Shown piece by piece: positions 18,144 through 28,263 of a DNA stretch of 64,000 nt (the stretch's first letter is position 1; every line of letters starts with the position of its first letter). The notes under the pieces are model-generated. The model was not told the origin of the DNA, searched no databases, and saw only the letters and a list, made by a program, of their open reading frames with translations. The position numbers and the translations under genes are program-made. This DNA comes from an uncultured bacterium (lineage in GTDB: Bacteria; CAIWAD01): positions 16,445 to 80,444 of the forward strand of contig CAIWAD010000124.1 in the NCBI GenBank assembly GCA_903910645.1, given 5' to 3'.

Positions 18144-19932
18144 AGTCTCCTCAGCACATGGATCCAGGCCTCCGTGTCCTTCCGTCCAAAGTGGTCGGGA
18201 TCGCCCACGAAGCGCAGGTCGGTGGTCAGGGTCAGCTTGTTCAGTTCAAACTCCACGAAGGAGCGCAGCCACATGCGCTCGGACAACTGGTCCCGGCCAG
18301 GCCGCCAGGTGCCGCGCACATTCAGCGAGGCAAGACGCAGCGGCTGCCAGCGCAGATGCATGGACAGGCGGTGTTCCAGGTCCACCAGATCCGCCGCCAC
18401 CAGGTGCTGCAATGCCATGGCGCTCAACTGGGCCTGCAAGCGATGGCCCCGGGCTTTCACCCACACTTCGTTCTTCAGCGTGTTGCGCAAAGTGTCGTCG
18501 CTGTAGACCAAATGGCTGCCCACATGGCGGCGCCACTCCAGACGATGTCCGCCCTGCAGGGTGCCATGGGGATTCAGTGTGCTGTTGAAGCTGGTCAACT
18601 GATCCAGCTCCTTCTGGGAAGGATCGGCCCAGGGGGCCACTGTTTCCCGGTCTTGCATGCGGAAGAGCTCCGCTCGCTGCAGGGCGCGCATGCTGAAGCC
18701 CAGCCAGGGCAGGGGCTCCACCGGCGCGATCATCTCCACCGTGGCCCGTCCCACCAGCCCGCGGCCATATTCGCGCGTCTCCGCCCAGCCGCCGCCCAGG
18801 TCGCCGCGCAGGGACAGATTGCGCTTCAACCACAGGGAGCGATCCATGAACCGGGACCAGGACTGGTGTTGGCCCGCGGCCTCCACCGCCGCCGCCATAC
18901 GCGCCAGGGGCTTCACCTGGAAGACCGCCAGGGCCAGCACATCCCGCCTGTGGACAAGATCCTCGTCCGTGATGCGCACGCGCTCGGTGGAGGCGCGCAG
19001 TTCGGCGCCCACTTCCTCCAAGGGCATCCAGCGCCAGGAGGCGTCGGCGTGACGGCGCAGCACATCCCGCTCCTCCAGCTCGGTGAAATCCGCGCCGGCA
19101 TTGATGGACAGGCGATGCTTCCCCCACAAGGTGGTGCGCAGGCGGTTCTGCCCCAGCACGCGGCGCACGCCCTTGCGCTGCACCAAAGCCGAGTTGCTGT
19201 GGACATCCACGCCACCAGGCAGCTCACCCGCCATGCTCAAGCCCGCAAGGCTGCGCTGAAGATCGAAGTCAAGGCTGTCCGCCAGGCCATACCAGGAGCT
19301 CTCGCCCCAGGCACGCGCCACGAACTGGTGCCAGGCGGGCACGCGGTGCTCCACCTCGGCCCGCATGAATCGATGGTCCGAGATGGCCTCGCCATTGAGC
19401 ACGCGACGGTTGCCCGCCACCACTCCCAGCTCGGTGGTGGGCATGGGACGCAGGGCCAGGCGCCCGCCCACGATCAGGTCGCGCAGGCGCAGGCTGTCGA
19501 TGAGGAAGGCATTGGGACGCCGCCAGCCGTGACGGGCGAAGAGTCCCAGTTCCACTCCGCCCAGGGGCGTCCAACCCAGGTCCGCCTGGAACTCGGGCGT
19601 GTAGATGCGCTGCTCGTAAAGACTGTTCTGTGCCATGGTGGCGCCGGTGCGCAGCAGCCAGTCCAGGCCGCCGGCCTTTTGCACCTGGCCATGGGCACCC
19701 ACCACCACCCGCGCCGTGTGCAGGCGCAGGTCCTCCCCGTAGGCCCCGGCGTAGCTGGAATCACTGACCCAGGTGCTGGTGTGGTCAATCCAGCCGTCCA
19801 GGGTGAAGGATCGCGACGGCTGATAGGCGGGCGCCTGCACCCATGTCGGAACCTGGAACGCGCCCAGCGCCGAACCGACAAGGGAAAGGGCGAAGAGCAA
19901 GGCGCAACGCATGTGGCGGGATCCTCTCATGG
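18137..19932 (-). CDS. Outer-membrane beta-barrel protein (putative porin component of a porin-cytochrome complex)
   Basis: The real start is an internal Met: MRGSRHMRCALLFALSLVGSALGA (signal). It runs ~570 aa with alternating amphipathic segments and ends in an aromatic residue (...VLRRLW). No TM helices. The upstream N-terminal extension of ORF 18137..20482 overlaps the NHL gene and was rejected. Confidence 0.6.
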
Positions 19933-20956
19933 CGCCACCTCCCCGGCCGGAAGTTCCGCCGACAGGTAGGGCAGATAGCGATAGGCCTGCACGCGCCGGT
20001 TGTACTGATCCACGATGTAGAGGTGGTCCCCGTGGAAGCAGAGCGCGCTGGGCAGCAGGAACTGGTCGCCCGCCCTGCCCGTGCCGCCGAACCAGTACAA
20101 AAGGGCGCCGCTGCGGCTGAAGACCTGGATGCGGCTGAAGGCGGCATCGCTCACATAAAGATTGCCGTCGCCATCGAAGGCCAGTCCCTTGGGAAACATG
20201 AAACCGCCCGGCGAGTGGTCGTAGACTCCGAAGGAGAACAGGAAGTCGCCCTGGGCGTTGAAGCACTGCACGCGATGGTTCAGGGCGTCCAGCACCCACA
20301 GTTGACCGTCGGGATCGCTGGCCACCGCCACGGGATGCAGGAACTGGCCCTGCGCGCCGCCTTCTCCACCCAGGGTGCGCTGCCAGCGGCCCTGGCCGTC
20401 GAAGCTCTCCACCACATGGCGGCCCGCATCCACGATGTGCAGCAGCGAGCCATCCCAGTGCATCTGTCCCGGCCTCTTCCATCCCTTGGGCGAAGACAGT
20501 TCGCCCTTCACATTGCCGGATCCGGACTCCAACAGGAAGACCTTGCCCCGGCCCGCGTCGCTCATGGCGATGCCGGCGGGAAAGGCGGCCACGCCCGTGG
20601 GCGTGGCGAACAAGGGCGAGGCCATCACTTCGAACGGTCGGGGCGAGCAGCCCTCGGGGCTAAGTCGCAGAAGGCGGGACAAATCGCCGTCGCACACCAG
20701 CACGCGGCCATCTGCATCCACATCCACATCGGTGGGGCGTCCCACGCTGGCGGTGGCGCAGCTGCCCGTCACCAGGCGCAGGGCCTTCATGCCCAGGCCT
20801 CCGTCCAGTCGCACCTGGGAAAGGACATCCCCCTCCTGCAGGTAGAGCGTGTCCGTGCCGGCGGCCACCAGGGGTCGCGGCCCCTGATGCGTCACCGTGG
20901 CGCATCCCGCCGCCAGGAGCAGGGAAAGGAAAAGGACAGGCAGGCGTCGCCTCATG
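19927..20956 (-). CDS. NHL-repeat beta-propeller lipoprotein
   Basis: Internal start MRRRLPVLFLSLLLAAGC (lipoprotein signal plus Cys). NHL-like repeats include GQFLHPVAVASDPDGQLWVLDALNHRVQCF and FMFPKGLAFDGDGNLYVSDAAFSRIQVF. The first ~340 aa of ORF 19927..21987 were rejected as a spurious extension. Confidence 0.7.
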
Positions 20957-23165
20957 GCAGCACCCGCTTCTCGCTTGAGTGGTAATAGCGGTACTTCCAC
21001 AGGGCCTTGTCTCCATGGCAATCGGCGCAGACGGCCTCGCTTGTCTCCTGGCGCAGGAAGTCCGGCGAATGTTCGCCGCCTCCCTCGGGGTGGGCCACAT
21101 GGGGGTTGTGGCAACTGGTGCAGTCCACGCGTCCAATGGCGCCGTCCGTGCGGCCCTCGGCATCGAAGAGCGGCATGGTGCGTCCGTCGGGTCGCGTCTG
21201 GCCCGCAAGGGTCATGTACTTCTGCGGATGGCCCCACGCCTCGGGTACATGGCTGCTGGCGCCCTGCTCGCGGTGGCAGGAGAGGCAGTGCCGGGCGCCC
21301 GGACTCCAGTTCTCCGCCTTGCGCTCCAGGCTTCCATCCGGCCGCACGGCGGCCACGCTGTCCATCTGGGCATTGTCCAGGCTGCTGGCGATGATGGCCC
21401 AATCCGACACGGCGCGGTGGGTGGTGTGGCAGGCCCGGCAGGCGCTCTCGTTGGGCCTGGTCTCGCTCAAGTCGTGGGCGCTTCCCAATACACGGGTCTC
21501 GCCGGAGTGGCAGGCGGAACAGAGTTGCGCGCCGGAGTTGGCCATGCGCAGGAAGGAGCTGTTGTCGTCGCCCTTGGCGTTGGCCTGCCAGGTGGGCGGT
21601 CCGGCGGGATTCCAGTGATGTGGCTCGTGGCAGGACTCGCAGCCCACCAGCAGATCGGCCGGTTCGGGTGTGCCGTCCGCAGGTCTCCAGGTGCGCAGGT
21701 TCTCTGCGCGGTAACCCGGCAGCTTGCTGCCCTTGGGCATGGCCCTGCCCACCGGATGGCCGTGCTGGCCCAGGGTGGTGGCCCCGTGCTTGCCGGTGCC
21801 CTCGTGGCAGCTCAGGCACAGGCTGGTGAACTCGGATGCTTCCGTCCGGGCATGGCCATCGCCAAATGCCTGCTGCTTGTGCGTGTTGTGGCAGGAAGTG
21901 CATTGGCCCCGGCTGGGCTCGCTCCAGTTGAAGGAGTTGTGGTCGGAGACCAGGGTTTGGGCCTGCTCGTTGTGGCAGTTGATGCACAGTCGGCCGTTTT
22001 CGTCATCGGGCAGGCGCAGGAAGCTGCCCAGGGCATCCCCATCCTCATTGCCCGGGCCCGGCTTGTGCCCTGGCATGGCGCTCCAGCGGTGGGGGTCGTG
22101 GCAGGTGGTGCAGCTCATGCCGCCCTCACGCAGGGGAAGGCGCACATTCTGCTCCTTCACCGGACGGTCCAGGGGATGGCCGTGCCCCACCCAGCTGATG
22201 GCGCCCGCCGCGCCCTTTTCCTGGTGGCAACTAAGGCAACGGGCGTCCACGCCATCCTTCACCACATCCGCGCCACGCCCGCCGGGCAGGGGCCAGGCCC
22301 ACATGGCCGGACCATTGCCGCCATGGGTCACATGGCAGGATGCGCAGGCGTCGCTTTGCCCGGCCGTGCGCCTCGTGTTGCCAATAGGCAGATTCCCGTG
22401 TTCTTCCTTCAGGTGGTGGTCGCTTTGCAGCACGGCGAAACTGGGCTCGTGGCAGCTGCGGCACAATTGGGTGCGGTCGGCGCCATCCACCAGCTTGGCC
22501 CGCTTGTCGCTGTGCATGTTGTGGCAACTAAGGCATTCCACCGTGCCTGTGGACACATGGCGTCCGGCCAGCTCCTGTGGCAGTGCCTGCTCCAGCTTGG
22601 CATGCAGGGGATGGTCTGTGTTGCGACGGGCGTGGTCCGCGTGGCACTTCAGGCACAAGGCGGAATTGTCCGCTTCCGCGCGCAAGAAGGGCACATACTG
22701 GAACTCGCGCTCCATGCGGTTCATGTGGGGCGTGTGGCAGCTGCCGCAGTAGATGTCCCCCTTGCGATCCAGGGGAAGGCCGCTGGCGGACACCGCCGCG
22801 CCATTGCTGGGCTTGTGGAAATGCGGATCGTCCTTCTGGAAGAAGCGCCGGCTGTCCCCCACATAACCGTCGTGGCAGGACCAGCACATGTCGCGGCTGG
22901 CCACGCGGGCTTCGCGGCCGTCGATCATCACAGGATGATCCACCGGCGGCAGCAGGACGGCCATCTTCTCATAGCCTTCACCCCACTCCACATGGCAGAT
23001 CACGCACTCCTTGGAGCGGTCCATGTGCAACTGGGCGTCCGCGCGACCGGCTGGGCCCAATCCAAGGGCAAGCCACAGGCCCGCGACTCCGCAGGCCAAG
23101 GTGGCGCGAAGCAGGCGGGCTTTCAGTCTCCGGGAGTCAAGATCCATGGGCGAAAATCCATTCAT
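20952..23165 (-). CDS. Multihaem c-type cytochrome (~18 CxxCH)
   Basis: Start MNGFSPMDLDSRRLKARLLRATLACGVAGLWLALG (signal). It has 18 CxxCH motifs (CVICH ... CADCH) spread over ~730 aa. Confidence 0.85.
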   Translation of the reverse strand: MNGFSPMDLDSRRLKARLLRATLACGVAGLWLALGLGPAGRADAQLHMDRSKECVICHVEWGEGYEKMAVLLPPVDHPVMIDGREARVASRDMCWSCHDGYVGDSRRFFQKDDPHFHKPSNGAAVSASGLPLDRKGDIYCGSCHTPHMNRMEREFQYVPFLRAEADNSALCLKCHADHARRNTDHPLHAKLEQALPQELAGRHVSTGTVECLSCHNMHSDKRAKLVDGADRTQLCRSCHEPSFAVLQSDHHLKEEHGNLPIGNTRRTAGQSDACASCHVTHGGNGPAMWAWPLPGGRGADVVKDGVDARCLSCHQEKGAAGAISWVGHGHPLDRPVKEQNVRLPLREGGMSCTTCHDPHRWSAMPGHKPGPGNEDGDALGSFLRLPDDENGRLCINCHNEQAQTLVSDHNSFNWSEPSRGQCTSCHNTHKQQAFGDGHARTEASEFTSLCLSCHEGTGKHGATTLGQHGHPVGRAMPKGSKLPGYRAENLRTWRPADGTPEPADLLVGCESCHEPHHWNPAGPPTWQANAKGDDNSSFLRMANSGAQLCSACHSGETRVLGSAHDLSETRPNESACRACHTTHRAVSDWAIIASSLDNAQMDSVAAVRPDGSLERKAENWSPGARHCLSCHREQGASSHVPEAWGHPQKYMTLAGQTRPDGRTMPLFDAEGRTDGAIGRVDCTSCHNPHVAHPEGGGEHSPDFLRQETSEAVCADCHGDKALWKYRYYHSSEKRVLP

Positions 23166-23188
23166 GGGGCCCTCCGGCGCGGGCTGTG

Positions 23189-24133
23189 TCAGGGAATGTC
23201 GAAGCGGATGATGCGGCTGGCGCGGCTGTCCACCACCCACCACGAAGCTCCGCAACACACAATGGCCGTGGGACCCTGGAGTTGCCAGGGCTTGCCCTTC
23301 AGCATCAACTGGCCCTGGCTCTGGGCGTACTCGTCATAGGCGTGCACCATGCCCAGGTAGCTGTCGGTGATGAGCAGGCCCTTGCCGTTCCAGCAGGCGC
23401 AGGCGCCCTTGGGACGATAGAGACGCTCGCCATCGGTGCCAAAAGAGCCCACCATGCGGTCAAAGTTCCCCAAGCGCGTGTAGGCCTGGATGCGGCCGCC
23501 CAGCACATCAATCACCATGAAGCCGTTCATGTGGCGGGACAGGATGCCCGGAAACTTGAACTCCTCCACGCGATCGCCCGGCTTGCCGTCGGGCAGGCTC
23601 ATGCCCGCCATGCGACGCATGGGGCGGATCTCGTCGGCGCCCCGGCCAATCACTTTCAACAGGGCGCCGTCGTAGCTGATCATCAGCAGGCGATGGTTGT
23701 CGTTGTCGGAGACCACCAGCTTGTCCTCCAGCGCCAGCACATCCACCGGATCGCAATTGGCCGGAAGCTTGATGGTCTGCACGGGACGCCCGTCCAGGGT
23801 GGTGACGAAAATGGAGCCGGCATCCGGATCGCTCACATAAAGGCGGTCCTTCCAGATATCGTTGCCCACCGGGTTCACAAAACCATCGTGGCGGATTTCA
23901 CGCATCAGGGCGCCCTGGGGGCTGATGACCACCACGCGCTTGTTCAGGCCGTCCACCACATAGGCGTTGCCGCGCTCGTCGGCCGCCAGGTCCGTGGGAT
24001 AAGTGGTGCCGGCGGCCACATCCTCCAGAATGCGCACATCCACCGCGCCGGCCACGCCGGCCAGCATCAGAAGCAGGATCGGGAGGAGCAGGGCTCTCCG
24101 ATCAGTACGCGGGCGGCAGGAAGAAGACTTCAT
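23189..24133 (-). CDS. NHL-repeat beta-propeller protein (secreted)
   Basis: Signal MKSSS..RRALLLPILLLMLAGVAGA. Repeats include YPTDLAADERGNAYVVDGLNKRVVVI and DRLYVSDPDAGSIFV. Confidence 0.7.
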   Translation of the reverse strand: MKSSSCRPRTDRRALLLPILLLMLAGVAGAVDVRILEDVAAGTTYPTDLAADERGNAYVVDGLNKRVVVISPQGALMREIRHDGFVNPVGNDIWKDRLYVSDPDAGSIFVTTLDGRPVQTIKLPANCDPVDVLALEDKLVVSDNDNHRLLMISYDGALLKVIGRGADEIRPMRRMAGMSLPDGKPGDRVEEFKFPGILSRHMNGFMVIDVLGGRIQAYTRLGNFDRMVGSFGTDGERLYRPKGACACWNGKGLLITDSYLGMVHAYDEYAQSQGQLMLKGKPWQLQGPTAIVCCGASWWVVDSRASRIIRFDIP

Positions 24134-26683
24134 TGTCGGTCACACTCGCGGTTATGGCGCTGCTGCGCAGTTGGCGAATCCGCTCCTCGTCGAAGCCCAC
24201 GCCGTGGAAGTCCACCAGCCCACCCTCGGGCACATGGCATTCTCCACAGGTGGCGCCCGTGCCTTCGCCGGACTGGATGCGATCGTGGAAGCGGTCCTTG
24301 GTGTCCTTCATGCGTGCCTGGGTCATGGGCGCGGAATTCTGCCGGTACTCCTCGGCACGAGGGCTGTCCAGATCGGCATAAAGCGGCTTTCCGCCCACCT
24401 TCAAGCCCAGCAGGCTGGTGTAATTGTCCAGCCCGGTGAAGGGCGGTGTGCCGGTCAACTTATAGGGAGCCTTGGGCTCGCCCTGGGGCTGGCGGCGGAG
24501 ATCCAGCCAGCTCCACTCCGCGCCCTTGCGGTCGGCCTCCTTGGCGTGGCAGGTCTCGCAGGTCATGAAGCGGCTGTGCAGGTTCAAGTAGGCCCGCGTC
24601 TTGCGGTCGTTCTGGTGCGGCAACATGGCGTGGCAGAGCAGGCACTCGCTTTGGCGCAGGGTGGAATCCGCCGTCACCACCGGCTCGGCATCGTGGAAGC
24701 GTCTGTGGCGCCAATCCACATCCTCGTTGGCGACACGCAAGGGATAACTGGGATCCGCCAGCGCCGCCTCCTTGTCCGCCAGCGGGCGCTTGCACCACTG
24801 GGCCACCACATCGGCGGCGGCCGGAGCCTTGTCCACTCCCAGGTAGAGGCGGAAGGACCACACCATGGCGGCGCAGGTGACAATGGTGAGAAACAGAAAG
24901 GACCATCCCAGGGTGCGGGCCAGGGTGTCGCGCGTGCTGCGGCGACGCTCCCGGGCCCCGGTGACCTCGTTCACCAGGATGGGGCCGAACTTCTCCACGG
25001 CATCCGGCTCCATGAGCGCGCCGTGCTCCTCCTCCATGTCCTCTTCGCCCATTTTGCCGTCAATCCACACCTCGCTCATGGGCCAGCGGCTGGGCTTCCA
25101 GTGCACGTTCCAGAAATGCCACACCACGATGGCCGCCACGGCAAGGATGGCCTCCAGCGAATGCACCAGGCGGGCCAGGTCCACGATGAACTTGCTGCCC
25201 AGGTGCTCCATCCACAGGATGATGCCCGTTCCTGTCATCACCACGGAGCCCCAGGCGAAGGCCCAGTACTCCATTTTCTCGCCATAGTTGAAGAAGCCGA
25301 AGGCCGGGCGATCCTTCCGCAGGCCCAACATGAAGCTGATGTTGTGGCTGATGAGCTTCATGTCCGATGGGCCGGGGAGCATGGCCCACATCAGGGCCCT
25401 GCCGCGCTTGCTGAACACCGCATAGCCCAGGTGGTAGAAACTCACCAGCGTGAGCAGGATGGCCGCCACGCGATGGCTCCAGTCACGCACGGGCATGAAG
25501 TATTCCCACCGCACAAGGGTGCCGAAGCGCTCCGGCGGAATCCACAGCATGACGCCTGTCAGAGCCAGCAGGGTGAAGCTGGTGAACATGACCACATGAC
25601 TGATGCGCTCCGCTGGGCTCAGGCGGCGGAAGACACGACGCACGGCGCCTTCGGGCTTTTGGTGGTGGGCCGCTGCGTGCGCCTTTCGATGGCGACGCCA
25701 GGCGATGTAGTCCAGCAGATTGTGGCCCAGCATGCCGCCAATGGTGAGCAGGATGATCCAGATGTAAATGCGCTTCACCCACACCAGGGCCTGCACCTTG
25801 GTGCCCTGGTAAAGGTTGTGCATGCTGCCGGCGGTGGCGAAAGACACCGTGGCGCCATCGTGGCAACCGGTTGTGCTGCAGGTTTTCTGCAGGTTCGCCG
25901 GGTTGATCATGGACTTGGAATCCTGATGGCTCAGGATGTTGTGGTGGCCATGGCAGTCGGCGCACACGGGGCTGCGCTTGTCCCCGAAGTTGAAGCCGCG
26001 GCCATGGAAGGACTCCAGGAAGCTGGAGACCATGGTGCCATCGATGAGCAAGGTTTCAAGGCTGTCGGACACCAGCTCGTTGTCCGTGTGGCAGCGGATG
26101 CAGGCCTCGAAGTTCTGCTGATGCCTCCAGTACTCGTCCTCGCTGATGTGCAGGGCCAGGTGCTTGAAGTCCTCGTCCAGGGCGTTGTAGTTCTCGTGGC
26201 AGGTGAGGCACTTGGCCTTGGCGCGCTCCATGTCCTCCGGAAGCTTCTGCCAGTAGACGCTGTTGAAGTGGCAGTCCTTGCACACCGGCTTGCGGTGGTC
26301 GTAGGGGCCCTTCCCCGTCTTGCCATGCACGCTGGCCGCCAGGTCCCTGGCCATTTTCTGATGGGAGTAATCGGCGCCGGTGTAGGGATCGATTACATGG
26401 CAGGCCACGCTGCAGTCCACCTTTTTCACCGGCGCGCGGTGGGGCACCTGATCGATGTCCGTGTGGCACTGGCGGCAGGCGAAGCGGCCATGGATGCTGC
26501 TTTTATGGACGCCTTCGTCGATGGTGAAATTGCGCACGCCCGCGCTGTCGCTGACGGCCATCCAGGGCTTGCCATGGCAGAAGAGGCAATTCTCGGGATC
26601 GAAGGTGCTGTCCTGGGCCACGGCCAGTGTGGCCAGCAGCAGTCCCGCCAGGGCAAGGATCTTCCGCAGGGGATCCATCATTC
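24102..26683 (-). CDS. Fused multihaem cytochrome c / di-haem cytochrome b / cytochrome c membrane protein (CbcL-like quinol oxidoreductase candidate)
   Basis: Start MMDPLRKILALAGLLLATLAVA. The N-terminal periplasmic domain has ~8 haem motifs, including CSVACH and CSTTGCH variants. The central domain has 4-5 TM helices with conserved His: ISHVVMFTSF, WSHRVAAILLTLVSFYHLGY and VAAIVVWHFWNVH. This resembles FdnI/HydC-type cytochrome b. The C-terminal domain has CLLCH, CETCH and CGECH. Confidence 0.8.
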
Positions 26684-27481
26684 CTCCAGCATGGGGAAGT
26701 GGAAGGGTTCGTAATTCTCCACCATGCCCACGGCGGCGGAGTGCGTCAATTCGTGGATGCGCGGTTGGCTGAAGCCCAGCGCGACCCATGGGAAAGCGGC
26801 TTCCGGCGTGTGGCAGGCCAGGCAGGCGCTGGGCGTTTTGCCCACATGCTCCTCGGCGAACTCGCGGAACTGGGCCTCGTCGATCTCCAGCCCGCTCAGC
26901 GCGTCGGCGCGGAACTGCTTGTAGCGCTGGTCATCGTAGGGCGTGAACAGCAGGGTGTTGCCGCCTGCCGCCGTGAGCACAGGGACGATGCGGCTGATGA
27001 AGTTGTGCCGCCCGGACAGGACGCCATCCTTCCCCCGCTCAAGTCCATAGGGGCCCAGGGCCGTGACCGTGTTGTCCGTGTCGAAGGAGGTCCACTCCAG
27101 CGAGGTGCGCGCGCGCATGGTGTCGTCCAGATGGCAGGCCAGACAGCTCATGAAATGGCTGTGCTGGTTGTAGAAGGCACGGCGCTTGGGATCCTTGGTG
27201 TGCGGGAAAAGCGGGTGGCATGTCAGGCAGGCCTCCTGCTGGCCCAGGGGCAGCAGGCTGTGCACCTCGATGTTGTGGAAGTGCTGCTCCTGGTTGCGGT
27301 AGTCCTCGAACCAGGTCTCCAGCTGCTCCACATGGTCCGTGAAGTGGCGCCTTCCCTGCTTTTCCTCCTCGTGGGCCTTGTGGGGACGGTTGGTCATCCA
27401 CACCAGCCAGGCGGACACAGCGCTGCCGATGACCAGGGCCGTAAGGCCGTAGGCCACCCGGCTGAAGGTTCTCATGCTCAT
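26678..27481 (-). CDS. Membrane-anchored tri-haem c-type cytochrome
   Basis: N-terminal TM anchor, then CLTCH, CLACH and CLACH. The stop overlaps the start of the downstream fused c-b-c gene. Confidence 0.7.
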   Translation of the reverse strand: MSMRTFSRVAYGLTALVIGSAVSAWLVWMTNRPHKAHEEEKQGRRHFTDHVEQLETWFEDYRNQEQHFHNIEVHSLLPLGQQEACLTCHPLFPHTKDPKRRAFYNQHSHFMSCLACHLDDTMRARTSLEWTSFDTDNTVTALGPYGLERGKDGVLSGRHNFISRIVPVLTAAGGNTLLFTPYDDQRYKQFRADALSGLEIDEAQFREFAEEHVGKTPSACLACHTPEAAFPWVALGFSQPRIHELTHSAAVGMVENYEPFHFPMLEE

Positions 27482-28263
27482 GCGTCACCATCCCGGCCGG
27501 CGGCGCCGTCCTGCTTGTCGTCGTCGTCGTGGCGTCGCACACGGCCACGCTTCAACTGCTCAAGGATGTCCTCCAGCTCGCGGGGATGCTCGTGCATCAT
27601 CTCCTCTTCGCTAAGGGTGCCGCGGTACCACACCTTGTTGGCGGGCCACACGCGGGGATTGAAGTGCACGTTGTAGAAGTGCCAGATGACAATGGCCAGG
27701 AAGGCCAGCAGGGCCTCGTCACTGTGGGCCACATAGGCGATCTGGATGACCTCTGAGGGGAACCACTGGCCGCTGGCCTCCGGATACCACAGCAACAGGC
27801 CGCTGCCCGCCATGATGAACATGCCCCAGAACACCGCCCAGTAGTCGAATTTTTCGATGTAGGAGAAGCGGTGGAAGCGGGGACGCTCCTCACTCAGGAA
27901 AAGGAAGTAGCGGATGTTCGTGGCAATGTCCCGGGCATCCTGCAGGTTCGGCAGCAGATGCATGCCGGAAAGGGGCGTGCGGTTGCGCACGATGTTGAAG
28001 AACACATAGAACACATGGACGGCGAAATCGGCGATCATCACCACCGCGGCCACGCGATGAATGGTGCGCACCGTGTCGATGCCCCCGAAAAGGTTGATGG
28101 AGTGCGACCAGAAGGCGGTGTCCGGGAACTTGATGGGGAAGCCCGTCACCACCAGGACAATGAATGGCACAAACATGAAGATGTGCTGCAGGCGCTGGCT
28201 GAGCGAGAAACGCACATACTCCCGCCTTCCCCCCACCACGCGAATGCGATCACTCACTCTCAT
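27478..28263 (-). CDS. Di-haem cytochrome b membrane subunit (FdnI/HydC/PF01292-like)
   Basis: The real start is the internal ATG (MRVSDRIRVVGG). Four TM helices carry His ligands (TIHRVAAVVMIADFAVHVFY; IVIWHFYNVHF). The upstream 112 aa of ORF 27478..28599 are Ala/Arg/Pro-rich and were rejected. Confidence 0.7.
   Translation of the reverse strand: MRVSDRIRVVGGRREYVRFSLSQRLQHIFMFVPFIVLVVTGFPIKFPDTAFWSHSINLFGGIDTVRTIHRVAAVVMIADFAVHVFYVFFNIVRNRTPLSGMHLLPNLQDARDIATNIRYFLFLSEERPRFHRFSYIEKFDYWAVFWGMFIMAGSGLLLWYPEASGQWFPSEVIQIAYVAHSDEALLAFLAIVIWHFYNVHFNPRVWPANKVWYRGTLSEEEMMHEHPRELEDILEQLKRGRVRRHDDDDKQDGAAGRDGDA

Noticed and set aside
19927-21987. N-terminal extensions of several track ORFs (19927..21987, 18137..20482, 27478..28599, 42612..44330, 36545..37189)
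   Set aside because: The upstream portions are low-complexity and overlap the preceding gene. Clear signal peptides or conserved N-termini begin at internal Met/GTG codons, so I used the shorter starts.
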